The notes under the pieces: model-generated | Database searches by the model: none | Seen by the model: the letters and a program-made list of their open reading frames with translations, nothing else | What the model was told of the DNA's origin: nothing | IMG/VR virus record: IMGVR_UViG_3300030061_003198 | Source of the DNA: a virus | Length of the DNA stretch: 64,000 nt | Reading direction: 5' to 3' (one strand) | Program-made: the position numbers and the translations under genes | Shown: piece by piece, positions 37,596 through 46,964 of the stretch | How the letters are laid out: each line of letters begins with the position of its first letter | Position numbering within the stretch: the stretch's first letter is position 1

Positions 37596-37997
37596 TCAAC
37601 CTAAAATAACAACAGGCTTTTTTAATTTTTTTATTTTATTATATGCTGTTTTTAATTGCGGATTCAAATTATTTTCATTATTCATAATTATCATATAATC
37701 ACAATTTTCTGCCAATAATTTCATTCTATGTAATAATTGCGAAAAGTGATATTTCTTTCCATAATATGACTCTGGTAACATTGAATATAAATTTCTTCCT
37801 GTATATGATGGATTATATTCTTGATATGATATTCCAAATTCTAATGCAAATTTTTTAACCATATGATTAGCTCCTTCAGAGCCTCCACCAGATACAATAA
37901 TTAATTCTTGTTTAAATTTTTGTTTTAATTCTGAAAGTACTTGTTGTACTTTTCTTTTATTTTGCCATTCTTTATTTCCAATAACAGCAATTTTCAT
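37596..37997 (-). CDS. SLOG/YspA (DUF2493-like) protein
   Basis: MKIAVIG...IVSGG..GA...A; degenerate RN motif. Confidence 0.75.
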   Translation of the reverse strand: MKIAVIGNKEWQNKRKVQQVLSELKQKFKQELIIVSGGGSEGANHMVKKFALEFGISYQEYNPSYTGRNLYSMLPESYYGKKYHFSQLLHRMKLLAENCDYMIIMNNENNLNPQLKTAYNKIKKLKKPVVILG

Positions 37998-38246
37998 TTA
38001 TCCTTTGATAACTGTTTTTGTGGTTGGAGTTTTAGCATCTGTGGTATGTGCTAACATCATTTTTAGTGCGTCTAATTTACCTTGTGCATCTGCAAACTTT
38101 TCTATAAACTTATCTATTTCTGCAACTAAATCTGGGTGTTCGCCTATTCCAACTGCATTGTTTAAATAAACATCTAACTTTGCTACTGCTACTGCTTTTT
38201 GTGCATGGTATTTTGCATATAAAGCGTCTAATAATAATCCATTCAT
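37998..38246 (-). CDS. Conserved phage hypothetical protein
   Basis: YLNNAVGIGEHP motif. Confidence 0.75.
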   Translation of the reverse strand: MNGLLLDALYAKYHAQKAVAVAKLDVYLNNAVGIGEHPDLVAEIDKFIEKFADAQGKLDALKMMLAHTTDAKTPTTKTVIKG

Positions 38247-38262
38247 ATTTTCCTTTTTATTT

Positions 38263-38291
38263 ATTATATTAAAAATTATTGACGAATCCTA
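38263..38291 (-). promoter_or_regulatory. Phage promoter TAGGAT-N17-TATAAT
   Basis: Variant of recurrent motif. Confidence 0.55.
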
Positions 38292-39229
38292 TCTTCTTTG
38301 GGACAATTATCATAATCCATCTTAAATGGACACCACTTACAATGTTTAGATCCTTTACCAGCAATAGATAGATAATTTTGTTCTACTCGCTTCTTGCCAG
38401 TTTCATCAAAACAAAATTCTATAAATGAGTCAATATCACGTTGAATCTTTTTTCTAGTAATTGATCCAGAAGCCGGATTAAGTATCTGTATACGCTTTTG
38501 TGGAAACATTGATTCTTCTAGTAACTTTCGTTTCACTATAAAGAATTCAATATCAATATTGTCAATTGGAGTTCCAAATTGGTCGGAAAAGTATTTTTTA
38601 TAAGCAACCAATTGTGCTGCTTTAAGCTTATCAGCTTTTTGCCATTTGTTCCAGCCCATTCGGCTAGTTTTAATATCTATTATTTTTATTGTATTTAATA
38701 CAGTATCTCTAACTACAATATCTATAAATCCGTACCAATAAACATTTTTATTAACTGATGATGCTGGTACTCCTAATTCTACTTCTATCCCAACTAGTTC
38801 CATATTTTTAGTAGAAAAATATTGAGATCTTCTTTTTTTGAACCAATCTAATATTTGTACTCCATCATTTAAATGTTCTGCTAATTCAGTTGGGGTTGAA
38901 AAATGTTCTCCATTATTTGCTTTTACTCCTTTGCTATATTCTAACTTCAAATATGTTAATAGCAAATCGTGAAGATTTATTTCATTTGCTGCCTTGACTG
39001 AATCAGTATATAATACAGTTAAATATTCTTGCAATGTTTCATGGAAGGCAGTTCCAAAACATGTTGCAATACTATGAGTAAATGGAGCTAACTTATCAAT
39101 ATATGAAAGCTTCCATTGTTTAGGACATTTTGAAAACATTGACCATTGTGAATATGATATCTTAGCCGGAACTTTTGATACATCATTTAATGATAATTTA
39201 TATATTGGGTTTATATATCCGGTTTTCAT
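38276..39229 (-). CDS. PD-(D/E)xK exonuclease, Cas4/AddB-like with 4 Cys
   Basis: SYSQ...CP, GTAFH, GFIDIV...IIDIKT, QL..Y, CKWC...C. Confidence 0.88.
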   Translation of the reverse strand: MKTGYINPIYKLSLNDVSKVPAKISYSQWSMFSKCPKQWKLSYIDKLAPFTHSIATCFGTAFHETLQEYLTVLYTDSVKAANEINLHDLLLTYLKLEYSKGVKANNGEHFSTPTELAEHLNDGVQILDWFKKRRSQYFSTKNMELVGIEVELGVPASSVNKNVYWYGFIDIVVRDTVLNTIKIIDIKTSRMGWNKWQKADKLKAAQLVAYKKYFSDQFGTPIDNIDIEFFIVKRKLLEESMFPQKRIQILNPASGSITRKKIQRDIDSFIEFCFDETGKKRVEQNYLSIAGKGSKHCKWCPFKMDYDNCPKEDRIRQ

Positions 39230-39231
39230 AA

Positions 39232-39816
39232 TTATGGGTAGATTAAAAGGCCTTGTTTACACTCATTTATAAGATCATCTTTTATTTCAGAAATTTTATC
39301 ATAAAAATTTTCAACTGCTTCATCATAAGCATATTGATCTTTATTTTCTATAAAATCGTCTTCATCTGGATATTCTGGAAGATCTTCATCATCACAAATA
39401 AAATCAGATCCATTATGATTTGCATAACCTCCTGATACATGTAAATATGCTTCATCTTCACTTCTAGCTTCCATTTCGAATTCACCACGCTTTGTAAACC
39501 AATCTGCTAGTTCATGAAATAATTCTTCTGGTGGATACCATGCTGAATCAAATGTTAAATCAATTATATCGTCATCTATATGCCAATCGTGTACAAAACA
39601 CCATTTTGCTCCTACATTTTCAATCATCCAATCTCTAGTTAAATTGTCTTTAGGATAATCTTTATATAATAATCCATATAAGTTATCAGCTATTATACTA
39701 CTTTTAAGTTGCCAATCAGCTTCTTCTACTTCTGGAGTAAATAATTTGTCTGCGAAATTTTTTAGAACTTCTACAGATGATTCTATACTTACAACAGTAT
39801 ATACGTTATTTGCCAT
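39232..39816 (-). CDS. YubB/DUF1281-like ferredoxin-fold protein
   Basis: MAN, W...N.GAKW, FDSAWYPP. Confidence 0.7.
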   Translation of the reverse strand: MANNVYTVVSIESSVEVLKNFADKLFTPEVEEADWQLKSSIIADNLYGLLYKDYPKDNLTRDWMIENVGAKWCFVHDWHIDDDIIDLTFDSAWYPPEELFHELADWFTKRGEFEMEARSEDEAYLHVSGGYANHNGSDFICDDEDLPEYPDEDDFIENKDQYAYDEAVENFYDKISEIKDDLINECKQGLLIYP

Positions 39817-39830
39817 AATATTTTTATTAT

Positions 39831-39859
39831 ATTATAAGAAATTATTCGGATTGATCCAA
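39831..39859 (-). promoter_or_regulatory. Phage promoter TTGGAT-N17-TATAAT
   Basis: Recurrent motif. Confidence 0.7.
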
Positions 39860-40069
39860 ATGTTCAGTAAGATAAATATCAATTAAATCCTTTGACTTTT
39901 TTAGATCTTCTTCGAATGATCCTTTTTTTCTGCACCTAACTATACGTTTAAGTATGTCAAACTCATATGAGTTTAAGTCCCATTCTTCTGCAAATTTGTA
40001 TAGACTCGATTTACCAACATAATGATATTGAGTATTAATTGATCCTGTATTTGTTGATTCAAATGTCAT
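39842..40069 (-). CDS. DUF3310-like protein
   Basis: HY...ILKRIVRCRKKG..EEDLKK. Confidence 0.65.
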   Translation of the reverse strand: MTFESTNTGSINTQYHYVGKSSLYKFAEEWDLNSYEFDILKRIVRCRKKGSFEEDLKKSKDLIDIYLTEHLDQSE

Positions 40070-40509
40070 TTCTTCCCTTTTAACATTGTTTTAATTTCTT
40101 TTGTATTATATCCATACATTGATAACAAAGTACTGCAACTATCTTTAGGCATTAATTCAATGTAATCAATGGCTTCTGTTTTACTTACTAGATAGTGGTC
40201 TGCAATTTGTGAAACTAAATCAGTATTATACTTATCTTCCTTTTTTCCTTTAATGTACTTAGCAAAGGTTCTCTGGGCTGGTAATAAGCCGTGATAGAGA
40301 CGATAAGTATCTCTAGGCGATAATAACCCAATTGTATATTTTTGTAACTGATTAATTACTTCAATTAGTTCCATTTTCATTGATAACCATCTATTAACAA
40401 TAAAAGGAGAGAATTTCTTTTTGTCTATATCTGTATATTTAGACCATTCTTTCTTTTCATGTGTCATTCCGTTAATAAAATCGAAGATAGTTGCAGGTTT
40501 CTTTGTCAT
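40066..40509 (-). CDS. Clamp loader small subunit (T4 gp62-like)
   Basis: FDFINGMT..K...FSPFIVNRWLS...AKYIK; near gp44-like gene. Confidence 0.8.
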   Translation of the reverse strand: MTKKPATIFDFINGMTHEKKEWSKYTDIDKKKFSPFIVNRWLSMKMELIEVINQLQKYTIGLLSPRDTYRLYHGLLPAQRTFAKYIKGKKEDKYNTDLVSQIADHYLVSKTEAIDYIELMPKDSCSTLLSMYGYNTKEIKTMLKGKK

Positions 40510-40718
40510 AGTTTATATTTTTGTTTATATGTGTCAATAAATGATTCGCCGATTGCTAATTCTAGTATTACCGCATTGTCAGGTACGCCCGGCATTTTCT
40601 TTCCATTAACAATGTCAATATTTTTGTTTTTAAATACTTTCATTTTGGTTTTAGCATTTTTTCTATTAGATGATTTAAATACTAAAACAACGGGGAGTTT
40701 TGGGTAAGGAGCTCCCAT
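40506..40718 (-). CDS. Hypothetical protein
   Basis: VLVFKSSNR...GVPDNAVILELAIG; likely start MGAP. Confidence 0.6.
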   Translation of the reverse strand: MGAPYPKLPVVLVFKSSNRKNAKTKMKVFKNKNIDIVNGKKMPGVPDNAVILELAIGESFIDTYKQKYKL

Positions 40719-40930
40719 TATCTTACCTCTGGTTGAAATTCTTCTGGAACATGGCCACAATCATCGCATCTAAATACCGGTACTGGGATAACAGTGTCTT
40801 TATCATGTCCTGTTATGAATCTAGATAATTTATTAATGCACATTACTTGTCTAAAATACATTCCGCTGCAATTAGAGCATATCATTGGCTCAGCATCAGC
40901 TGGATTAATATTTGGTTGATTTTTGTTCAT
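40718..40930 (-). CDS. Zn-ribbon protein
   Basis: CSNC...CDDCGH. Confidence 0.75.
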   Translation of the reverse strand: MNKNQPNINPADAEPMICSNCSGMYFRQVMCINKLSRFITGHDKDTVIPVPVFRCDDCGHVPEEFQPEVR

Positions 40931-40939
40931 AATATTCCT

Positions 40940-41866
40940 TTATAATTCATTCATTAACTTAACAAACATTGCCATGGTATTAATTTCTTTATCAACTACG
41001 CTAGTATCTGTATATTGAGATTCTGCAATAATTAATATACATGCTGCTATACTACCAGTTGCAAATTCATCTAAATTATCAAATAAAAATGTATATAATG
41101 GTGTAAAATCTTTAACTTTACTATCTGCAATAATTTGTCGTATCTGCTTAAAAGATTCTTTTTTATCTTTAATATTTTTTAAAATATTTAATAATTCAGT
41201 CATATAATTAGCTTGAACAACACTATTTTTGTCTAATACTAATTTGCCTTTCACAACATGACTTTGTGCTGCATTAATTGCTCTACGAATATCTGGATAT
41301 GAAGAATTAATAATAGCTGCTACATCTTTTATTTCATATTCAACTTGTTTCTCTTCTAACACAGTAACTAATCTTTTTGCAACGTCTGCTTTGCCTGGAG
41401 GTGCGATTCCAAATGTCTGACATCTACTTTGTATTGGATCTATAATCTTTTCAACATAATTACATGTTAATATAAATCTTGTAGTCTTACTATATGTTTC
41501 CATTAAGTTTCTTAATGCTGCTTGTGCATTAGGGGTAAGATAGTCAGCTTCATCTAATATAACAATTTTCCATCGTTTAAATCCTACTGTAGATGCATAT
41601 CTTTTTATTTTATCTCTTACTGCGTCTACTGAGTTTTCGTCAGATGCATTAATATACATTAAATCAGCATCTACATTATTTGCAATGATCTTTGCTAATG
41701 TAGTCTTACCTGTGCCTGCTCCACCATAAAATAATAAATGCGGAACATCGCCATTTTCAATGAATATTTTGACTTTATCAATAATATGTTCATTACCAAT
41801 ATATCCGTCTAATGTATCGGGTCTAAATGATTCTACCCAAAGTGTATTTTCTGTTACTCCAAACAT
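40940..41866 (-). CDS. Clamp loader ATPase (RFC-small/T4 gp44-like)
   Basis: WVE..RP, GGAGTGKT, INASD, LDEAD, QSRC. Confidence 0.95.
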   Translation of the reverse strand: MFGVTENTLWVESFRPDTLDGYIGNEHIIDKVKIFIENGDVPHLLFYGGAGTGKTTLAKIIANNVDADLMYINASDENSVDAVRDKIKRYASTVGFKRWKIVILDEADYLTPNAQAALRNLMETYSKTTRFILTCNYVEKIIDPIQSRCQTFGIAPPGKADVAKRLVTVLEEKQVEYEIKDVAAIINSSYPDIRRAINAAQSHVVKGKLVLDKNSVVQANYMTELLNILKNIKDKKESFKQIRQIIADSKVKDFTPLYTFLFDNLDEFATGSIAACILIIAESQYTDTSVVDKEINTMAMFVKLMNEL

Positions 41867-41869
41867 AAT

Positions 41870-42298
41870 TTATTGTTTTCCTGTTGAACCAAAGCCTCCA
41901 GAACCTCTTGTAGTGTCAGCTAATGCTAATACAGGATTCCATTCTATTTGTTCAACTTTATTTAATACTAATTGTCCTATTCGTTCGCCTTTTTCTAAAG
42001 TAACCGTTGATAATCCATGATTAATTAAAATTACTCCAATTTCTCCTCTATAATCTGCGTCTATAGTGCCAGGAGAATTCAAAACTGTTATTTGTTTTTT
42101 ATATGCTAATCCACTTCTAGGTCTTACTTGTATTTCATACCCTACTGGAATTTCAACATATAATCCGGTTTTAATTAATGTACTCAAACCTTGACCTATT
42201 GTTGCTGAATGAGTTGATCTAACATCGCACCCCGCACTTCCTAATGTTTCATAGCTAGGAAGATCATTATCTGATTTATTTATTACTCGCACTTCCAT
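41870..42298 (-). CDS. dut: Trimeric dUTPase
   Basis: AGCD, RPRSG, GTIDADYRG, RGSGGFGSTG. Confidence 0.96.
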   Translation of the reverse strand: MEVRVINKSDNDLPSYETLGSAGCDVRSTHSATIGQGLSTLIKTGLYVEIPVGYEIQVRPRSGLAYKKQITVLNSPGTIDADYRGEIGVILINHGLSTVTLEKGERIGQLVLNKVEQIEWNPVLALADTTRGSGGFGSTGKQ

Positions 42299-42300
42299 AA

Positions 42301-43008
42301 TTAATTTTGTAATTGAACTAACCAATAATTTGAATCAAAGTCAGTACCAGTAAAATCTATTCTTGCTAATCCATTTGATGATATATGCATTATACCTTTA
42401 TCGCCTTTGTTTGCAGTTAATACTTCCTTTAGCTTATCAGCTGAAAAACAAATTGGATCTAAATCATTCGCTGTACCGCCTATTTCAAAGGTAACATTGT
42501 CTGAATTAATAGTTGTATAATTAATAATAAATTTAATTTTACCATTTTGAACTTGTACTGCAAAATTCTTTGCGTCTGGTAATGCATTTTTAGCTTTAAT
42601 AAATTTATTAACAAATAGTTCGTCAATATCAATTGTAACCTCATATTCAGGTTCTGCATTAATTGATGGGACTGCAGGTATAACAGAAGTATCAGCTAAC
42701 ATAAAAGTCATTGTTGTGCTTCCTTCTTTTATCTTCATTGCATAATTCTTGCCTTGTGCATCATTAACTTCAATGTCAATTTTCTCGCCTACTGCAGATA
42801 ACATTTTAGTTAACGCACCAGTATGATTAATACCTAATTCTCCTGACATAAATGGATCTGTTTTCCATTTAACTTTACCTACTACGGTTTGATCTACATC
42901 TATTAATTCACAATTAACAGATTCGCCATTTGCTTTAACAGTTACAGCTTCACAGTTGCCTGCTAAGTAATATCTGTTTATAAATGATTGTAATTTACTT
43001 TTTTCCAT
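42301..43008 (-). CDS. DNA sliding clamp (gp45/PCNA-like)
   Basis: 235 aa, two-domain beta pattern, adjacent to clamp loader; F..DKLKEVL.AN, Y.LV end. Confidence 0.8.
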   Translation of the reverse strand: MEKSKLQSFINRYYLAGNCEAVTVKANGESVNCELIDVDQTVVGKVKWKTDPFMSGELGINHTGALTKMLSAVGEKIDIEVNDAQGKNYAMKIKEGSTTMTFMLADTSVIPAVPSINAEPEYEVTIDIDELFVNKFIKAKNALPDAKNFAVQVQNGKIKFIINYTTINSDNVTFEIGGTANDLDPICFSADKLKEVLTANKGDKGIMHISSNGLARIDFTGTDFDSNYWLVQLQN

Positions 43009-43020
43009 TTTTCTACCTTT

Positions 43021-44271
43021 TTATATTTTAAAAAACTTATTAAATTGATTTGCATCAGTAGTTGATATACTATCACCACCAAATTTCTTATATGTTTTCT
43101 TGTATGTTGCATAAACATTCATTGCATTATCAGGATCTTCAAACATTGCATGCAATGATAATATAACATCATATAAGTCCTTTGGAATTGCTGTTTCTAA
43201 CAATTCAACATGATTATTTACTAGTTTGCTAACATCTTTAGCAATATTTACATATAAATGAGTATTATGTATAACCATTCTTGGCATTCCTTCTTGACTA
43301 TATCTATCTAATCCGGCTGCTGTTTGTCCACCTAAGTAATCATATGTAAAGTCTTTACAAGCTGGACAATCTATACTACATGGTACATGTCTCGATGTAT
43401 CAATATTAACTACAGGGTTTGCCATATTTGCATGTTTTTTTCTTCTATACTCATTATTCTTCGGAAAATATAACTCAGTAAATGTTTGAGTTTTATAATT
43501 ACCAGAATGAAGATATGTTCCAAATACAGGATATTGTCCTGGAGAGCTAGAATCTGTTGAAAACAATACTCTATCATCAGTTAACTTATTAACTAGCTTT
43601 TGTAATGTTGCTAATATAAAGAAGTCTGATATTTTTGATATACCTAATAAGTGTATATACTTTATATGTTTCTTTTCAAATTCTCTCTCTTTAAGCATTA
43701 ATGCTATAACATACATAAAGTCTACTAATTTCTTAGGGCCTCCAATACACCATCCATTAAATGCAAAATCTTTAAATTTATGATACCATTGTGCATATTC
43801 TTCATGATATGTACCTTGAATAACATTTAAGAAGTCTGTTTTACCTGTTTGTTTAGATTCAAAATATTTAAAGTTATCAAAACTTATATCCATTGATTCT
43901 GCGAATCGGTTTTCGTATTTTGCTCTAGGTGGAATATCTAAATTTGCTGCTACGTCTGAGTTATGTTCTAACCATTCAAATATACGCTCACGAATTGTAC
44001 TATCCCATTTTAAAGCTCCAGTTGCTATTTGGAATCCTCCTGAATCTCCAAATACTAATACCTCGTCATCTAACCCCATCTGATCCCGAAAGTCCATTTT
44101 TTTGAAATGGTGTCCTGCGGTGATTAAGAAATATGGATGTCTCCATTCTTCTGGATACTCTTTTGAAAAGAATCTAGTTGTAGTTCCATCTTCAAATTTT
44201 GTATTTTTCTTGAATGCAGATACCATACTCCCAGCCGATAATGACGGATAATATATAAAATTCTTATCCAT
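43021..44271 (-). CDS. dpdA: DNA 7-deazaguanine transglycosylase, DpdA2-like (TGT fold)
   Basis: DSGGFQ, LDIPP, NVIQG, GWCIGG, IHLLG, STDSSS, Zn site CSIDCPAC...HN; embedded in the replication operon. Confidence 0.82.
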   Translation of the reverse strand: MDKNFIYYPSLSAGSMVSAFKKNTKFEDGTTTRFFSKEYPEEWRHPYFLITAGHHFKKMDFRDQMGLDDEVLVFGDSGGFQIATGALKWDSTIRERIFEWLEHNSDVAANLDIPPRAKYENRFAESMDISFDNFKYFESKQTGKTDFLNVIQGTYHEEYAQWYHKFKDFAFNGWCIGGPKKLVDFMYVIALMLKEREFEKKHIKYIHLLGISKISDFFILATLQKLVNKLTDDRVLFSTDSSSPGQYPVFGTYLHSGNYKTQTFTELYFPKNNEYRRKKHANMANPVVNIDTSRHVPCSIDCPACKDFTYDYLGGQTAAGLDRYSQEGMPRMVIHNTHLYVNIAKDVSKLVNNHVELLETAIPKDLYDVILSLHAMFEDPDNAMNVYATYKKTYKKFGGDSISTTDANQFNKFFKI

Positions 44272-44450
44272 TAATCTACTATCTCCCATGGCTTTTCGCC
44301 TAATTTTGAAAATTGTTCAAATATAAACGTTACTATTTCAGTAGTTTGTTTATCTAAACATCCTTTTTTATCTAGTTGCTCTGCTAGAGCTTGAAATGGA
44401 GTCTCTATAGTCGACTTTATTTCTTGTATTCCTTGTACATCAATTTTCAT
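44271..44450 (-). CDS. Small protein (59 aa) coupled to dpdA
   Basis: MKIDVQGIQEIK...KPWEIVD; GAGGA upstream; TAATG overlap with dpdA. Confidence 0.65.
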   Translation of the reverse strand: MKIDVQGIQEIKSTIETPFQALAEQLDKKGCLDKQTTEIVTFIFEQFSKLGEKPWEIVD

Positions 44451-44452
44451 GT

Positions 44453-45619
44453 TTATTCCTCGTTTTTATTTAATAAATGTTTACAATATTCAGCTTCATG
44501 CCAAATATTAATTTCTTGGTCTATTCCATTTGATACAATATATCCTTCCATCTGCCTACCTAAATCTGCTAGATATGCTATATTGTAATTTGGTTGTTTT
44601 ATTTGCATTACTTCATGCAATCTAATAACTGCAGATCCTACGTTAAATGGTGTATATAATTTATCTGCTGGTATAAATTCTGGAAATGATCTAAAATTTG
44701 GAAATACCATATCACAACCAAATGCAGTCGACTCTAATACAGTCCATGATACATAATCTTGTAATGATGAATTAAATTGTATTTTTGCTTCTGCTAATTC
44801 TTTATAATATTCTTGTTTAGTCAAATTCTTTAATAATTTAAAATTAGGCATCTCATCTGCTAATTTATACAATGCATCTATTACTCCAGGTAACATTGAC
44901 TTGAACTCTTTACCAGATGTTGTTACGTGCCATTCTGCACCAGGAAACTCTGTTAAATATTGTTTAGCAACAGCCATCATGAAAAACGGATTTTTTTCTT
45001 TATCTAATCTACTAGAATATACAACTATTGATTTCTTTTTTGCTTCTTTATCATATTCTGGATATTTATCAAGAGTCATTTCTAAATGCAATGGCAATGA
45101 CACAACATGTATAGGAGATTCAAATCCTGCTTCACGCAATTGATCTTTATGAATTGTCGAACCTACAAAGATACCGGTCATTCTTTTATCTAATCCTAAT
45201 TCAAAGCCTCGCATCCAACTTCTCATTGGATATGTAAAATCATATTCATCTACACTTTGAGCATGTAGCATTGCATATATATCTACCTTTATTCCATATA
45301 AATCTAATGCATATAATATTGATTCAATACCCGGATGCCAATAATCTTGTAAAAATATTACATCGCCATTATTAACTTCGTCTTTATTTAACATATCAAG
45401 AAAATTGCTACATTGACTCATAGCAAACTTACCTCTACCGACTGCATCTAATACAGCTCCTACCTTTATTTGCTGATCAGGATCAAATTCTCCTTCAACA
45501 TCAATAAATTCTACTTTATCTGAATATGGCTCGAACGTTGCCGGCATCCATTCTTTTGATAACTGATATGTATATCTTGCCTTTAAAGGCTCTAGTCCAA
45601 AATAAAATACTTTTTTCAT
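44453..45619 (-). CDS. GT-B glycosyltransferase within the deazaguanine cluster
   Basis: LEPLKARYT, HAQS.D.YDF, SRLDKEKNP, SSLQDYVSWTVLE, PNFRSFPE; ATGA-coupled to dpdL. Confidence 0.82.
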   Translation of the reverse strand: MKKVFYFGLEPLKARYTYQLSKEWMPATFEPYSDKVEFIDVEGEFDPDQQIKVGAVLDAVGRGKFAMSQCSNFLDMLNKDEVNNGDVIFLQDYWHPGIESILYALDLYGIKVDIYAMLHAQSVDEYDFTYPMRSWMRGFELGLDKRMTGIFVGSTIHKDQLREAGFESPIHVVSLPLHLEMTLDKYPEYDKEAKKKSIVVYSSRLDKEKNPFFMMAVAKQYLTEFPGAEWHVTTSGKEFKSMLPGVIDALYKLADEMPNFKLLKNLTKQEYYKELAEAKIQFNSSLQDYVSWTVLESTAFGCDMVFPNFRSFPEFIPADKLYTPFNVGSAVIRLHEVMQIKQPNYNIAYLADLGRQMEGYIVSNGIDQEINIWHEAEYCKHLLNKNEE

Positions 45620-45957
45620 CTTTCTATTATTGCTCCATTTTCCCAATCTTCCCAAACCTCTACTTTATATAGATTATCATTTTGTTCTAATAACCATTCG
45701 CCTATATCTTCACAACTCATTCTACCAAATTGTAATATATTTCCATCAAAGTTAGTTCTCAATTGTTTTTTTAATTTTCTTTGCATTAAGATAAATTCTT
45801 CATCTCTATCTGTATGTGTTACTTTTGCATAACAACGAAATCCGAACATATGCCTATGACTATCGGATAAAAATCCTACTTCTGGAAATATTTCTTTAGC
45901 TTCTGGCCAACAATGGAACCCTTCTAAGCTAAATGATACTACTACTGAATATTTCAT
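45616..45957 (-). CDS. dpdL: QueD-paralogous T-fold protein, DpdL-like (putative CDG decarboxylase)
   Basis: EGFHCW, LSDSHRHMF (LxxxHRHxF), RD.EF, SCE, V.ED.ENGA. Confidence 0.72.
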   Translation of the reverse strand: MKYSVVVSFSLEGFHCWPEAKEIFPEVGFLSDSHRHMFGFRCYAKVTHTDRDEEFILMQRKLKKQLRTNFDGNILQFGRMSCEDIGEWLLEQNDNLYKVEVWEDWENGAIIER

Positions 45958-46472
45958 ATTTTTTCTTTATTAACATGTAAATATTTTAAATATTTTTCAT
46001 TCATATTATTATAATAACTTGTTTTCATTAAATTATCATGTGCTTCATTTAAAACAGATGCTTTAGCTATATTAATTAAAAAATATGGTGCTAAACTTCT
46101 TGCATTAAATCCATTTATATTTAATTTATCATTTGGATTGAAACAAATACACTTTAAATGTTTATATCCATTTTCACGCAAAGTTTTATTAATAAAATCT
46201 TGATAACCAGCTGTATCTTTTTGTTTTAACTCAATATCAGAAACTTGTACAAATAATGCACTATCGTAATCTGTATTTTCGAAGCTTTCTACCATTTCTA
46301 TTAATGTATTTTGAATTGGATCAAATTTTTCTATTAATAATTTATTTTTATCTAGTTCTCCTCCAACAAATGGACAAGGAGGCATATTACCATATTCTTC
46401 CCTAGGAGTTCTTAGTATATTAATATAATCTAACACCCGAGTTTTAAAGTTTGTATATGGGCATTTACTCAT
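45954..46472 (-). CDS. Hypothetical protein (PPCPF motif)
   Basis: CPY...MPPCPFV; ATGA-coupled to dpdL. Confidence 0.65.
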   Translation of the reverse strand: MSKCPYTNFKTRVLDYINILRTPREEYGNMPPCPFVGGELDKNKLLIEKFDPIQNTLIEMVESFENTDYDSALFVQVSDIELKQKDTAGYQDFINKTLRENGYKHLKCICFNPNDKLNINGFNARSLAPYFLINIAKASVLNEAHDNLMKTSYYNNMNEKYLKYLHVNKEKI

Positions 46473-46924
46473 TAAATTTCTTCGTCAAATTTATAGTTAT
46501 CTGGACTTATTTCCATCATATTGCATTTAGTTACTTGATGAACTCTATACCAGCCTGCGTCAATTGATAATGTGTCAGTGTCTTTAAGCATTTCTAAATA
46601 AGGATCACTGATTCTATAAATAATATGACATCTATTAAATAGATCCGGCTTAATTGTATCTAATGTGTCTTTAGTAGCTTCTATAGTAACAGCACTTTTA
46701 GATTCATTTAAAATACCTCTAATTGTTTCTAGATATTTTTCGTCCTTCATAGACTTTTTCATAAATTCAATTGTAAAATAATAATGAGGATATGATATTA
46801 TAGATTTTACTTCTAAACCATAAGTGCTTCGCATATTATGATTTAAATCTCTTACGAAGAAAGTCATAAGATCTGAATATCGACCTTCTACTTCTCTCCC
46901 TTTCCATTGATGTTTACCGTACAT
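46472..46924 (-). CDS. Hypothetical protein, first gene of the dpd operon
   Basis: W.GREVEG...TFFV...HYYF...Y..DE; follows promoter 46936-46964. Confidence 0.7.
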   Translation of the reverse strand: MYGKHQWKGREVEGRYSDLMTFFVRDLNHNMRSTYGLEVKSIISYPHYYFTIEFMKKSMKDEKYLETIRGILNESKSAVTIEATKDTLDTIKPDLFNRCHIIYRISDPYLEMLKDTDTLSIDAGWYRVHQVTKCNMMEISPDNYKFDEEI

Positions 46925-46935
46925 ATTTTTTCTAT

Positions 46936-46964
46936 ATTATAATTAATTTTATTGAATTATCCAA
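46936..46964 (-). promoter_or_regulatory. Phage promoter TTGGAT-N17-TATAAT
   Basis: Recurrent motif; -35 overlaps polB stop. Confidence 0.75.

Noticed and set aside
38276-39229. CRISPR-associated Cas4
   Set aside because: Stand-alone Cas4-like nuclease among replication genes, with no cas1/cas2 or array.
43021-44271. Ordinary tRNA-guanine transglycosylase / queuosine pathway
   Set aside because: Lacks the canonical TGT N-terminal TPxFMPVGT motif, no queC/queF/queA/queG present, and it sits in the DNA replication operon; DpdA fits better but is not proven.
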